The notes beneath the pieces were generated by a model, which made no database searches, had not been told where the DNA came from, and was given only the letters and a program-made list of their open reading frames with translations. From positions 195,355 to 259,354 of the forward strand of contig DASPLI010000001.1 in assembly GCA_035627655.1 (NCBI GenBank): 64,000 bases of DNA. The letters are read 5' to 3'. The position numbers and the translations under genes are program-made. The number at the start of each line of letters is the position of its first letter. Positions within the stretch are counted from its first letter, which is position 1. Source of the stretch: Minisyncoccota bacterium. GTDB lineage: Bacteria > Patescibacteriota > Minisyncoccia > Phycocordibacterales > Phycocordibacteraceae. Positions 38,778 to 48,250 of this stretch are shown here, one piece after another.

Positions 38778-40100
38778 ATGCTAGACCTTAAAACCATTCA
38801 GTCCGTGCTCGGTGAATTCGAGGATCGGGGTATCTCTAAGGAGACCATGATCGACGCTATCGAAAGCGCGATGGCGACTGCGTATAAGAAGGAATACGGC
38901 AAGCGCGGCCAGGTCGTGCGTGCCAAGCTCGACATGAACACGGGCTCTGTCACCTTCGAACAGGTGAAGACCGTCGTCGACGACACCATGGTCCGCTTCC
39001 CGGAAGAAGGAGAAGAGGAGGAAGTCGATACACATCCGTTCCGCGAGCACGAGGAAGTGCCGGAAGGTGAACTTCCTCGCTACGACGCTGAGAAGCACAT
39101 CCTCCTTGAGGATGCTCGCCGCATTTCCCGCTCTGCAGAACTCGGTAGCGAGATTGTCTTCCCGCTCGAGCCGCAGGACGATTTCGGACGCATTGCTGCA
39201 CAGACCGCAAAGCAGGTCGTCATTCAGAAGATCCGCGAAGCGGAGAAGCTCTCCATTCTCGATGAGTTCGCTCACAAGAAGGGCGAGATCGTGTCCGGTA
39301 TTGTGCAGCGCGTTGAGCGCGGTTCCCTCTTCATCGATTTGGGACGCGCAACCGGCATGATTCCGTACGAGGAGCAGATTCCGGGTGAGCGTTTCCGTCC
39401 GGGCGAGCGCATTCGCGCGTACCTCGGCGCAGTCGATGAAGGATTCCGCGGCGTGTATCTCCGTCTCTCCCGCGCCAACCCGAAGTTCGTCGTCAAACTC
39501 TTCGAGCTTGAAGCTCCCGAGCTTGCTTCTGGCGCAATCGAAGTGAAGAACATTGCGCGTGAACCGGGTGCGCGCACCAAGATCGCAATTGCGTCTCTCG
39601 ATCCGCATGTCGATCCAGTCGGCTCGCTTGTTGGTCAGCGCGGCGTGCGCGTCTCAACCGTGATGGGCGAGCTTGGCGGTGAGCGCATCGACATTATTGA
39701 ATGGTCGGAAGATGCGAAGGCATTCATTAAAGAAGCGCTCTCACCAGCAAGCGTGCTTGAAGTAGAGCTTGATGAAGCCGAGCATCGCGCGATGGTAACG
39801 GTCTCTGAAGATCAGCAGTCGCTTGCCATTGGTCGCGGCGGCCAGAATGTTCGCCTCGCGGCAAAGCTCACGGGCTGGAACATCGACATCAAGTCGACCG
39901 GCGGTCCTGCAGTTGAAGCAACTCCAGACGATGCCGAGACTCCGTCTCAGGAAGCACACATCACACCGGAAGAACTTCCCGCTGAAATCGTGGAAGAAGT
40001 GAAGCCGGAAGAAACAACGCTTCCTGCAGAAGAAGAGCTTGCACTTACTGACGATAATGAATCCGTTGCAGACGCAAAAGAAGCGCGCGACGAAGCCTAA
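38778..40100 (+). CDS. nusA: Transcription termination factor NusA
   Basis: FGRIAAQTAKQV, AREPGARTK, SLAIGRGGQNVRLA; acidic tail; promoter TTGACG-17-TACATT at 38688-38716. Confidence 0.96.
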   Translation: MLDLKTIQSVLGEFEDRGISKETMIDAIESAMATAYKKEYGKRGQVVRAKLDMNTGSVTFEQVKTVVDDTMVRFPEEGEEEEVDTHPFREHEEVPEGELPRYDAEKHILLEDARRISRSAELGSEIVFPLEPQDDFGRIAAQTAKQVVIQKIREAEKLSILDEFAHKKGEIVSGIVQRVERGSLFIDLGRATGMIPYEEQIPGERFRPGERIRAYLGAVDEGFRGVYLRLSRANPKFVVKLFELEAPELASGAIEVKNIAREPGARTKIAIASLDPHVDPVGSLVGQRGVRVSTVMGELGGERIDIIEWSEDAKAFIKEALSPASVLEVELDEAEHRAMVTVSEDQQSLAIGRGGQNVRLAAKLTGWNIDIKSTGGPAVEATPDDAETPSQEAHITPEELPAEIVEEVKPEETTLPAEEELALTDDNESVADAKEARDEA

Positions 40101-40112
40101 CGCTCACCAACC

Positions 40113-40640
40113 ATGCATCTCTACGATATCGATCCGGGTACCAAGGAAGAAATGAACGTCATTATCGAAGTGCCGAAAGGTTCTTCGAACAAGTACGAGC
40201 TTGATAAGGATACGGGCCTGATCGCGCTTGATCGCGCAAACTATTCGTCTGCGCCGTATCCCTGCGAGTACGGCTTCGTGCCGCGCACGCTTGCGGATGA
40301 TGGTGACGCGCTTGATGTGCTTGTGCTCGCCACCTATCCCCTGCTCCCGGGTGTCTTGGTAAAAGCTCGTCCGGTTGCATTCATGGATATGGTTGATACG
40401 GGTGAAGCAGATCCGAAAGTGATTGTCGTGCCGGTGCACGATAAGCGCTGGGACGACGTGCAGGACCTTAAGGACATCAACCAACACACGCTTCGCGAAC
40501 TCAAGCACTTCTTCGAAACGTATAAACATCTCAAGGGTGAAGACGCATCGAAGTACAAAGTAGAAATCCCTGGCTTTAAGGGAAAGGCCGAAGCGGAAGC
40601 TGCGTTTGAAAAAGCAGTCGCCGCCTACCAGGCAAAGTAA
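40113..40640 (+). CDS. ppa: Inorganic pyrophosphatase (family I)
   Basis: IEVPKGS.NKYE, YGFVPRT, DGDALD, HFFETYK. Confidence 0.95.
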   Translation: MHLYDIDPGTKEEMNVIIEVPKGSSNKYELDKDTGLIALDRANYSSAPYPCEYGFVPRTLADDGDALDVLVLATYPLLPGVLVKARPVAFMDMVDTGEADPKVIVVPVHDKRWDDVQDLKDINQHTLRELKHFFETYKHLKGEDASKYKVEIPGFKGKAEAEAAFEKAVAAYQAK

Positions 40641-40701
40641 GAACGTGCGTGAAACAACCAAGCCCCGGAATGGGGCTTTGTTGTTATACTCTCAAGCACG
40701 T

Positions 40702-40974
40702 ATGGATACTGGAACCACAACACCGCCGACGCTTCCGACGGTCGACACTGCTCCTGTAGCGCCGCCGGTATTTGTCCCAAGCATTTCCCAGCCGCCTCCG
40801 GCGCAACCACCGGTTTCCTCAGTACCGCCCGCAAAACAGCATCGATCGTTTGGACCAACCTTCGGTGCGATCGTCATACTCCTTATTATTGTCGTCGGCG
40901 CACTCTATATGTGGGGTGCACACATTGCACAAGAGCAAGGCACTTCCGTGCCTGTGGAACACGAGAGCGAATAA
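40702..40974 (+). CDS. Small Pro-rich single-pass membrane protein
   Basis: GPTFGAIVILLIIVVGALYMWG TM segment. Confidence 0.6.
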   Translation: MDTGTTTPPTLPTVDTAPVAPPVFVPSISQPPPAQPPVSSVPPAKQHRSFGPTFGAIVILLIIVVGALYMWGAHIAQEQGTSVPVEHESE

Positions 40975-41062
40975 GGCAGAAACATAGACACGTTCAAGCA
41001 GAAACATGCATGAGACGAGCGGGAACTTTGTTCAAGCTTCGTTTTCTGATAGGATGCGCCGT

Positions 41063-41662
41063 ATGAAACCTTCTACCAAGTCCATGCTTGTTCCGATGGT
41101 CGTTGAGAAGACGCCGTTTGGCGAGCGCGGGTACGACATTTATTCCCGGCTCCTCAAAGACCGCATTATCTTCCTCGGCGGTCCGATCGAAGACGACATG
41201 GCGAATACCATCATCGCGCAGCTCCTCTTTCTTGAATCGGAGGATCCAAAAAAAGACATTTCGCTCTATGTGAACTCGCCCGGCGGCTCAGTTACCGCAG
41301 GCCTCGCCATCGTTGACGCGATGAATCACATCAAGCCAGCGGTCTCAACCGTTTGTGTCGGTATTGCCGCATCTGCTGCAGCAGTGATTCTTGCGTCTGG
41401 GGAAAAGGGCAAACGCTATGCGCTCCCGAATGCGGAAGTGATGATCCATCAGCCATGGGGTGGCGCGCAGGGACAGGCAACCGATATTGAAATTACCGCC
41501 AAGCACATCCTTGCAACGCGCGATCGTCTGAATAAGATTCTTGCAAAGGCAACCGGACAGCCGCTTGAAAAAATTGAGAAGGACGTCGATCGTGATTACT
41601 TCATGATGGCTGACGAAGCAAAGAAATACGGCCTCGTCGATACGGTATTCAAGAACAAGTAA
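41063..41662 (+). CDS. clpP: ATP-dependent Clp protease proteolytic subunit
   Basis: [35 protein letters not shown]. Confidence 0.97.
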   Translation: MKPSTKSMLVPMVVEKTPFGERGYDIYSRLLKDRIIFLGGPIEDDMANTIIAQLLFLESEDPKKDISLYVNSPGGSVTAGLAIVDAMNHIKPAVSTVCVGIAASAAAVILASGEKGKRYALPNAEVMIHQPWGGAQGQATDIEITAKHILATRDRLNKILAKATGQPLEKIEKDVDRDYFMMADEAKKYGLVDTVFKNK

Positions 41663-41672
41663 GAAAAAAGAG

Positions 41673-41705
41673 AAGACGGCGCGGATCATGAATCCGCGCC
41701 GTTTC
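41673..41705. terminator. Terminator between clpP and the gcrA-like gene
   Basis: GACGGCGCGGAT-catga-ATCCGCGCCGTT inverted repeat. Confidence 0.7.
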
Positions 41706-41708
41706 GCG

Positions 41709-42320
41709 TTAGCGTACAAACGACTTGCGTCGCAGCAGCTGTCGCAGTTTATCCGGCTCGCCCGTCCCCCGCTTCCGCTTGGTCGGCTGGTAGCAGAGAC
41801 GTGCGTGATCCGCGCAGTAAGGACCATGCGTCTGGCCGCGTCCACAAAACGCGAAGTCCTTCTGGTCAGGATCACCGATTGGAAACTTGCACATCGATTC
41901 GTTGATCGTCAGCACGCTTGCCGGCGCCCCGTCTTCAAACCGCACTGGTTCGAGTTCTGGAATCACGGCTGGTGTTGGCGGTCGTTCGATGTAGGTTCGT
42001 GGCTGCACGCGACGCGCGGCGACAGCTGAACGGTTTGCGCGCGGACGCGCTGGCCGTACGATGTTGTTCGCCTTGAACTTCGCGAGCACTTCGGCACCGT
42101 CTGCGTATCGATCTTTGATTACTTTCGATAGGCGCGGACGATGCAGGGCTCCAAGGACCACGCTTCGCGTGATTTCCTTGAAGCGGTCGCTTGAGGGACG
42201 AAACTTTCGGTCGAGCTGTCGTGCGACAGCGCTCGCGGATGAACATGCTTTCGCCGCTTGATAGAAAGCTTCGATGCAGTCATCTCGTTTGGCGTCCCAG
42301 CGAGGTAGCACTGTTTCCAT
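41709..42320 (-). CDS. gcrA: GcrA-family cell-cycle regulator homologue
   Basis: N-terminal W...SASAVARQL...ITRSVVLGALHR..LS and C-terminal VLT.NESMCKFPIGDP..DFAFCGR...GPYCADHARLCYQP; GGGGAG SD. Confidence 0.85.
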   Translation of the reverse strand: METVLPRWDAKRDDCIEAFYQAAKACSSASAVARQLDRKFRPSSDRFKEITRSVVLGALHRPRLSKVIKDRYADGAEVLAKFKANNIVRPARPRANRSAVAARRVQPRTYIERPPTPAVIPELEPVRFEDGAPASVLTINESMCKFPIGDPDQKDFAFCGRGQTHGPYCADHARLCYQPTKRKRGTGEPDKLRQLLRRKSFVR

Positions 42321-42534
42321 ATCTACTCCCCTATGTAATGTGCTCCTACCCATAGATATACTCCTACACCACGCTCTCGTCTATCGGGATAATACTTCGC
42401 TACGCATACAAAATAAGTCAATGTGCTATACTCCGCCCATCGGCAACGACTGCACGTCCTGTAACGACTGAACTGCCGCCGATATTCCTTCGTCATACGT
42501 GCGCTTAATAACCGGTGCGTTGTAGTGAACAAGT

Positions 42535-44064
42535 ATGTCTATAAAGCTTGTACTCACCCTTCTAGCCTTCTCCGGTCTTGCCGGGATCGCGCTTGGCTAC
42601 GTCCTTCGTATGCTGATCGCGCTCTCGCAGCGAGGCTCCCTGGAAATTGAGGTGAAGCAAAAGATGCTTGAGGCCCGCGAGAAGGCGGCGCACATCGAGC
42701 GAGAAGCGGAGGCCCGCGCTGACGCCATTGAGGCGGAGCGCCTCGGCCCCCTGCTTGAACGTGAAGAACGTCTTGAAAAGAACGAAGATCGCCTCGCGAA
42801 ACGAGAAGAATTTCTCGATGAGCGCGAGCGCAATCTTGCCGACGAATCCGAGCGCGTAAAGACGCGTGAAAACGAAGCCGCAAACCTGAAGAAGGAGGCG
42901 GAGAACGTCCTTAAGGAGCGTCGGGCGGAGTTGGTGCGCATCTCAGGGCTTTCAGAGGTAGAAGCGGAGAAGCGTCTTATTAAAGAGGTGGAGCACGCAA
43001 CCGAAGAAGCGGTTCTTGCCCGCATGCAGAAACTGGAGGCGCATGGTACTGCGCAGCTTGAGGAAAAAGCACGCTCCATTCTCCTCTCTATTATTCATCG
43101 CATGGGCAATGCGGTGAACGCAGAGGTGATGACCCTCTCGATCCAGATTCCGTCTGAAGAGATCAAAGGCAAGATCATCGGCAAGGAGGGTCGCAACATC
43201 AAAGCGTTTGAGCGAGCGACCGGCGTCGACGTCATCATCGATGACGCGCCGGACAAGATTACACTTTCGTCGTTTGATCCCTTGCGTCGTCATGTTGCCA
43301 AACTCGCGCTTGAGCGCCTGATCACTGACGGGCGCATCCAGCCTGCAAAGATCGAGGAAGTTGTCGAGAAGGCGCGCGAAGAGATCAATGATCTCGTGAA
43401 GCAAAAGGGCGAGGCAGCCTGTTACGAGGTTGGGCTCGTCGGTCTTGATCCGAAGTTGATCGCACTCCTTGGCCGACTCTACTTCCGCACGAGCTACGGC
43501 CAGAATGTTCTGCAGCACTCCATCGAGATGGCGCATCTTGCCGGCATGCTTGCGGCAGAGCTTGGTGCTGACGTGCAGATAGCAAAAGCAGGCGCCCTCC
43601 TCCATGACATCGGCAAGGCCGTTGATCATGAGGTGACGGGTACGCACGTGGATATTGGCCGACGACTCCTTGAGAAGTTCGGCATCGACAAGCGCGTTAT
43701 CCAAGCTATGCAGTCGCATCATGAGGAGTATCCGTACGAAACACCGGAATCGGTCATCGTGCAGGTGGCAGACGCCATCTCCGGCGGACGACCCGGTGCG
43801 CGTCGCGATACGGTAGAGCGCTACCTCGAACGACTGGGAGATCTTGAGCGTGTCGCCAAGAGCTTTGATGGCGTTGAGAAGGTCTATGCCATTCAAGCCG
43901 GCCGCGAGATTCGCATCTTCGTGAATCCGGGCAAGGTATCGGATCTTGCCATGCATAAACTTGCGCGCGATATAGCTAAGCGCGTGCAGGAAGAGCTGAA
44001 GTATCCAGGAGAAATTAAAGTGAACGTCATACGCGAGAACCGCGTCGTGGAGTTTGCCAGGTAG
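42535..44064 (+). CDS. rny: Ribonuclease Y
   Basis: N-terminal TM, coiled coil, KH (KGKIIGKEGRNI), HD (LLHDIGKA), AIQAGREIR. Confidence 0.96.
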   Translation: MSIKLVLTLLAFSGLAGIALGYVLRMLIALSQRGSLEIEVKQKMLEAREKAAHIEREAEARADAIEAERLGPLLEREERLEKNEDRLAKREEFLDERERNLADESERVKTRENEAANLKKEAENVLKERRAELVRISGLSEVEAEKRLIKEVEHATEEAVLARMQKLEAHGTAQLEEKARSILLSIIHRMGNAVNAEVMTLSIQIPSEEIKGKIIGKEGRNIKAFERATGVDVIIDDAPDKITLSSFDPLRRHVAKLALERLITDGRIQPAKIEEVVEKAREEINDLVKQKGEAACYEVGLVGLDPKLIALLGRLYFRTSYGQNVLQHSIEMAHLAGMLAAELGADVQIAKAGALLHDIGKAVDHEVTGTHVDIGRRLLEKFGIDKRVIQAMQSHHEEYPYETPESVIVQVADAISGGRPGARRDTVERYLERLGDLERVAKSFDGVEKVYAIQAGREIRIFVNPGKVSDLAMHKLARDIAKRVQEELKYPGEIKVNVIRENRVVEFAR

Positions 44065-44066
44065 CG

Positions 44067-44096
44067 AAAAGGCCCGGAACGAATCCCGGGCCTTTT
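44067..44096. terminator. Bidirectional terminator
   Basis: AAAAGGCCCGG...CCGGGCCTTTT. Confidence 0.75.
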
Positions 44097-44099
44097 ACG

Positions 44100-44390
44100 T
44101 CAGCGAATGACGTCAGCGCGCAACCCAATAAAGAAATCCTGCACAAACGTTTGTCCGGTAGAGATGTAAAACGCGATCCACATCGGCACGAGAATGCCGA
44201 CGCTGATCACGAGCGGGAAAATCCCTACCAGTGCAGCAAGTTCAAGGTTTCTGTTACTGAGTATGGCAAGACCCACAACCATGGCGATGCCGCACAGGGC
44301 GGATACGACCAGAATGGCGGGCAGTGTGAGGAACGTTCCTGCGAGGATGCCGAAGAGTGCCGGCACACCCCACATCAGAAGTGGGTACAT
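44100..44390 (-). CDS. Small hydrophobic membrane protein (SD-led)
   Basis: About three TM segments; AAGGAG upstream of ATG 44390. Confidence 0.6.
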   Translation of the reverse strand: MYPLLMWGVPALFGILAGTFLTLPAILVVSALCGIAMVVGLAILSNRNLELAALVGIFPLVISVGILVPMWIAFYISTGQTFVQDFFIGLRADVIR

Positions 44391-44540
44391 GTAGTCCTGA
44401 TCTCCTTCTTGAAGCCGTAGCGCATACAAACACAGAAGATGTGTACTAGCAAGTATTCATTGACCCTCATCAATTTTCGTGGTACAGAAAGTCACTTTGC
44501 CAATGGTGGCAGGGTTGTTCTTTGAAAGAGGAACACAGCA

Positions 44541-44825
44541 ATGAGCAGTAAGAGAGCTCAGGCCCCGCGGAATCTCAAGGTCACCGCGTCGGTCGTGGCT
44601 ATCGTGGGTGGGGAGCGTCCTTTCGCTGTCACCTACCCCTCGAAGCGGTCCGTCGGCGGAAAGCTTCGTGAGCATACAAGCATTACCTTCTCGCTCTCCA
44701 GCTGGCGCGGCAAAGACCGTCCCCAGTGCGGACAGATGGTGGTGCTTGAGGACATACTCTTGTTTAAGAGAGGATGGCGCGCCCGCGTGGCGTACCCCAT
44801 CTCCCTCTCGAACACTCAGCAGTAG
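44541..44825 (+). CDS. Hypothetical small beta-rich protein, first gene of a 3-gene operon
   Basis: GAAAGAGGA SD; upstream TTGACC-17-TACAGA; SITFSL..W..P..GQMV.L...KRGWRA. Confidence 0.65.
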   Translation: MSSKRAQAPRNLKVTASVVAIVGGERPFAVTYPSKRSVGGKLREHTSITFSLSSWRGKDRPQCGQMVVLEDILLFKRGWRARVAYPISLSNTQQ

Positions 44826-44837
44826 CAGGAGGACGGT

Positions 44838-45578
44838 ATGAAACCGTTTCAAGGCTCTACGCAAGAATGCTTCGCGCATTTTGCCGAGCAGCTTGCAAGT
44901 GACTACGAATACCATCGGAAACGAAAGGTGTTCGCCGCTACCGTGCACGTTACCGACGGCACCGTCCAGCGTTGGTTTTCCCAAAACGGGTTACCCATGG
45001 GCGAGGCACTCGTGCGTGTCCGGTACTACCTCGACTTCCTCGGCTACGCTGTTGCTGAGGTACAAGAACTGCCAGAGGCGATCCGCACCGTGGGTCACCT
45101 GATTACGTTCGACGTCCTTTCGGTTGCTGATGTGGCCGGTTCTACCGGTTACGAAGGCGTGCCGAAAAACAATGTCGACCAGGTGATCGCCGTTTTGTGC
45201 GGTCGTCGCGGCGTCTCGGAAGAAAAGTTCGCGCTTTACAGCGAGCTTGCTCGCGTCAACCGGAAACGGCTGACGCAACGGCAGCAGGCAGTTGAAAAAG
45301 TCGTGAGCTTCGAACAGGGACACTGCCCTACGGAACCGGAGTCATTTCCGACCGCGAGGCCTGAGAGCGATTCGCACCGCAAGGTGATCATCGAATCGTT
45401 CGTTCACTCGGTGGAAGCAATTCTGCCGCTCGCCGAAGACGTGTTGTCTGATGGCTTCACCGCCGCGGACCGCGCGAAGGTGCGAGATTTGGTTGGGAGC
45501 GGCATTTCCCGTCTCTCCAACCTGCTCACCCAATTGACGAGCGAGGGTGCGAGAAACACCCTCAAGAAACAGCAGTAG
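44838..45578 (+). CDS. Hypothetical protein, possible N-terminal HTH
   Basis: AGGAGG SD; FAATVHVTDGTVQRW...P resembles an XRE-like helix-turn-helix. Confidence 0.6.
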   Translation: MKPFQGSTQECFAHFAEQLASDYEYHRKRKVFAATVHVTDGTVQRWFSQNGLPMGEALVRVRYYLDFLGYAVAEVQELPEAIRTVGHLITFDVLSVADVAGSTGYEGVPKNNVDQVIAVLCGRRGVSEEKFALYSELARVNRKRLTQRQQAVEKVVSFEQGHCPTEPESFPTARPESDSHRKVIIESFVHSVEAILPLAEDVLSDGFTAADRAKVRDLVGSGISRLSNLLTQLTSEGARNTLKKQQ

Positions 45579-45591
45579 AAAGGTGTCCGCT

Positions 45592-47304
45592 ATGCCTAGC
45601 GCACAATCCGCGGTTCGTACGAGCCGCAGCGAGGTGGGCTTCCATCACGGAAAGACCCTCCTCAAAGTCGCCAACACGTACCCGTCCCTCTTTGAGGCGG
45701 TGCTCGAAGCCGTGCAAAACGCGATCGATTCTGAAGCCACGAAAATTGGCATCATTATCAATCGCAAGACGCGGTCGATCAGCATCATCGACAACGGGAA
45801 CGGTGTGACGCGCGAGCAACTCGACGAAGCGCTCGCCAGCGTCGGCAGTACACTCAAGCAGCGCGACAAGCTTGGCCAATTTGGCTATGGCCTCATTTCC
45901 TCCTTAGGGAAGTGTGAGTCCATGTCGTTCACCTCGTGCCCCGCAGGGGGCGACGAGTACCTTGAGTGGACGTTTGACACCGCGAAGATCGCCAACCAAG
46001 TTCGTGCGATCAAAATTCCGGTTGCGAAACGTAATTTCGTCTACCGCCCGAACCGTGACGGCCCACCCCTTCCACGGGGTTGGCATGCCACGGAATGGCG
46101 GACGCGGGTCTCGATCAACAATTACGTGACGGACCGCAAGATCTCCGAAATCCGGAGCGCCGATGCCCTCAAGGAGGCCATCGTCGAGAAGTTCGGCATC
46201 CCAATGCGGCGGAACGATGTGTCCGTCAGCGTCGACATCACGAACGAGAACGGCTCGCGGGAGACAGCGGTCGGGAAGGCAAAGCTCTTCTCCGGCAAGA
46301 AGCTCCCTGAAGTCGTCATCTCGGATAAGGATGCTGGTAACACCATCTTCCGGCTCTATCTCGCCAAGCCCGGCCGTCAAGGCAAGGTCTTGGTCGGGGT
46401 GGTCGGCGACGACTACCGCTTCGCGTTCGGCGTCTTCGCTAAGGAGGCGTCGGAACTTCTCTCGACGAACATCATCGAACTGTTCGTTAAGGAAGGCATC
46501 TTCGAGGGCGAGATTCTCACGACCAATGGGAAGCTCCACGACTCGAGGAAGAAGCTTGAGCAGAACGACGCCTATGTGGGCTTCTGCGCCACGATTGAGG
46601 AATGGTTCCTCAAGCATGGCAAGAAGCACCTCAAGGAGGTCAAGGACGAACGGCAGGGCCAGCGCATTCAGGACCTGTCGCTCAAGAGCCTTGAGAACGT
46701 GCAGAGCGTGCTCTCGGACGACGCGTTCGACCATCTTCGTAAGGGGACGATCGACACCTTCCGGTACGGCACTGTCGGCGCTGGGCATACCAATCCCGAA
46801 GATCGCAAGATCGTCGGGACACAGGAAAACCCGTCACTGTCGACCGTCGCTAGCGCGCGCAAGCGCGGTGAAGGCGGCGAAAGCCACGGGAACGAGCCTC
46901 CGGAGCGTGAACACGCCGGCCATATTCCCTTCACTGCTGCTGGCCCTCGCGGTCAGCAGCGGCGGGTGGTAAAGGGCGGCTCGCGCGGGCTTCAGTTCGA
47001 TCACACGGCAATGCGGTCCGATGGACCGCTCGCCGTGCTCGATGCTGGTAACGGCATTATCTTCTTCAACGTTGAGCACCCGGCCTGGGTAGCGGCGTCT
47101 GAAGCGGGTGACCGTGAGCTCATGCAGCTGCAGGAAGTCGGCGCCCTCGTTTCCCTCGTGCGTCACACGATGCCCGAGGAATACCATGGGTATCTCGACC
47201 TCTACCTGACCGACCTTCTTGGTCCGCTGTCGTTCCTCTTGCGCAACTCCCCCTCCTTCAGCTCCTCGGCTCGCACGAAGGCGAGCAAGGAAAAGAAGGA
47301 GTAG
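45592..47304 (+). CDS. GHKL (HATPase_c, MORC-like) ATPase
   Basis: EAVQNAID, IIDNGNG, LGQFGYG; C-terminal FNVEHP; GAAAGGTG SD before ATG 45592. Confidence 0.8.
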   Translation: MPSAQSAVRTSRSEVGFHHGKTLLKVANTYPSLFEAVLEAVQNAIDSEATKIGIIINRKTRSISIIDNGNGVTREQLDEALASVGSTLKQRDKLGQFGYGLISSLGKCESMSFTSCPAGGDEYLEWTFDTAKIANQVRAIKIPVAKRNFVYRPNRDGPPLPRGWHATEWRTRVSINNYVTDRKISEIRSADALKEAIVEKFGIPMRRNDVSVSVDITNENGSRETAVGKAKLFSGKKLPEVVISDKDAGNTIFRLYLAKPGRQGKVLVGVVGDDYRFAFGVFAKEASELLSTNIIELFVKEGIFEGEILTTNGKLHDSRKKLEQNDAYVGFCATIEEWFLKHGKKHLKEVKDERQGQRIQDLSLKSLENVQSVLSDDAFDHLRKGTIDTFRYGTVGAGHTNPEDRKIVGTQENPSLSTVASARKRGEGGESHGNEPPEREHAGHIPFTAAGPRGQQRRVVKGGSRGLQFDHTAMRSDGPLAVLDAGNGIIFFNVEHPAWVAASEAGDRELMQLQEVGALVSLVRHTMPEEYHGYLDLYLTDLLGPLSFLLRNSPSFSSSARTKASKEKKE

Positions 47305-47310
47305 GTAAAC

Positions 47311-47351
47311 AAAGGCCCCCTGCTTCGCCATTTGGCGGAGCAGGGGGTTTG
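47311..47351. terminator. Intrinsic terminator
   Basis: CCCCCTGCTTCGCCA-tt-TGGCGGAGCAGGGGG followed by TTT. Confidence 0.8.
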
Positions 47352-47354
47352 CTT

Positions 47355-47657
47355 TTACGTGGAGCGGGCCTCTTGTTGCGCCTCTCCCCGCATGATCGCG
47401 CGGGTTCCGATGAGCGGAATCTTTGGATCGATGTTCTCGAAGAACCGCTCGATCGGCACTTCAAGCGCATGGGCGATCAGGTAGAGGTACGACGCGCTGA
47501 CCGTGCGGCCGCCGCTTTCAAAGGAACGAATGTCCTTAGGCGGAACTTTGATGCGGTCGCCGAGTTCAAACTCGGAGACGCCTTTTTCATGGCGAATGCG
47601 ACGGATCGCTTTCGCAAAGTGCGAGTTGAGCGGATGATTTCCAAGACGTTCTGGCAT
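47355..47657 (-). CDS. XRE/HTH_3 transcriptional regulator (divergent PraR/PhrR-like)
   Basis: HPLNSHFAKAIRRIRHEKGVS..ELG...ESG..TVSASYL..IAHALEVPIERFF; SD-like GGAG/AAAGGA upstream. Confidence 0.8.
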   Translation of the reverse strand: MPERLGNHPLNSHFAKAIRRIRHEKGVSEFELGDRIKVPPKDIRSFESGGRTVSASYLYLIAHALEVPIERFFENIDPKIPLIGTRAIMRGEAQQEARST

Positions 47658-47843
47658 TCTTGTAGGTCCTTTCTCCTACTCCCTGGCGTTGACCCTACCC
47701 CCGTTTGTGTTCAAAAGCAAGGTTTTGACACTATCCACCTTGATTGGCAAGCCCTCTTGCGGCCCAGGGCCCATTTTCTATACTTTTTCTATACCCCGGC
47801 CCCATTGCTGCCGCGGGACATATAAGCCAATTCACCAGAATTC

Positions 47844-48116
47844 ATGAACAAAGCAGATATCGTAGGAAAGGTGCAGGGCGTCCTCGGCGGCACGAAGGCA
47901 GATGCTGAGCGCGCTGTTGAATGCATCATTGACTCCATTACCGCAGCCCTTAAGTCTGGCGACGAGGTTTCGATCGCCGGTCTTGGCATCTTCGTTGCGA
48001 AGGCTCGCCCGGCTCGCACCGGCCGCAACCCGCGCACTGGTGAGACCATTCGCATTGCTGCGACTCGCACCCCGAAATTCCGTCCCGCAAAGGCACTCAA
48101 AGACGCGGTTAAGTAG
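47844..48116 (+). CDS. hup: HU family DNA-binding protein
   Basis: MNKADI, GLGIF, ARTGRNPRTGE, PKFRPAKALKDAV. Confidence 0.96.
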   Translation: MNKADIVGKVQGVLGGTKADAERAVECIIDSITAALKSGDEVSIAGLGIFVAKARPARTGRNPRTGETIRIAATRTPKFRPAKALKDAVK

Positions 48117-48250
48117 TTTTTCTCCGCTCTGTCGCGAAATGGCCGCCCCTCTGGCGGCCATTTGCGTTTCATGTATGCTTCAGACGGAGCGGTGTACTGT
48201 CCGCCTCACGCCCTGTGGAGGGCGTGTTCTATTCCCAACGGAGGACGCCC

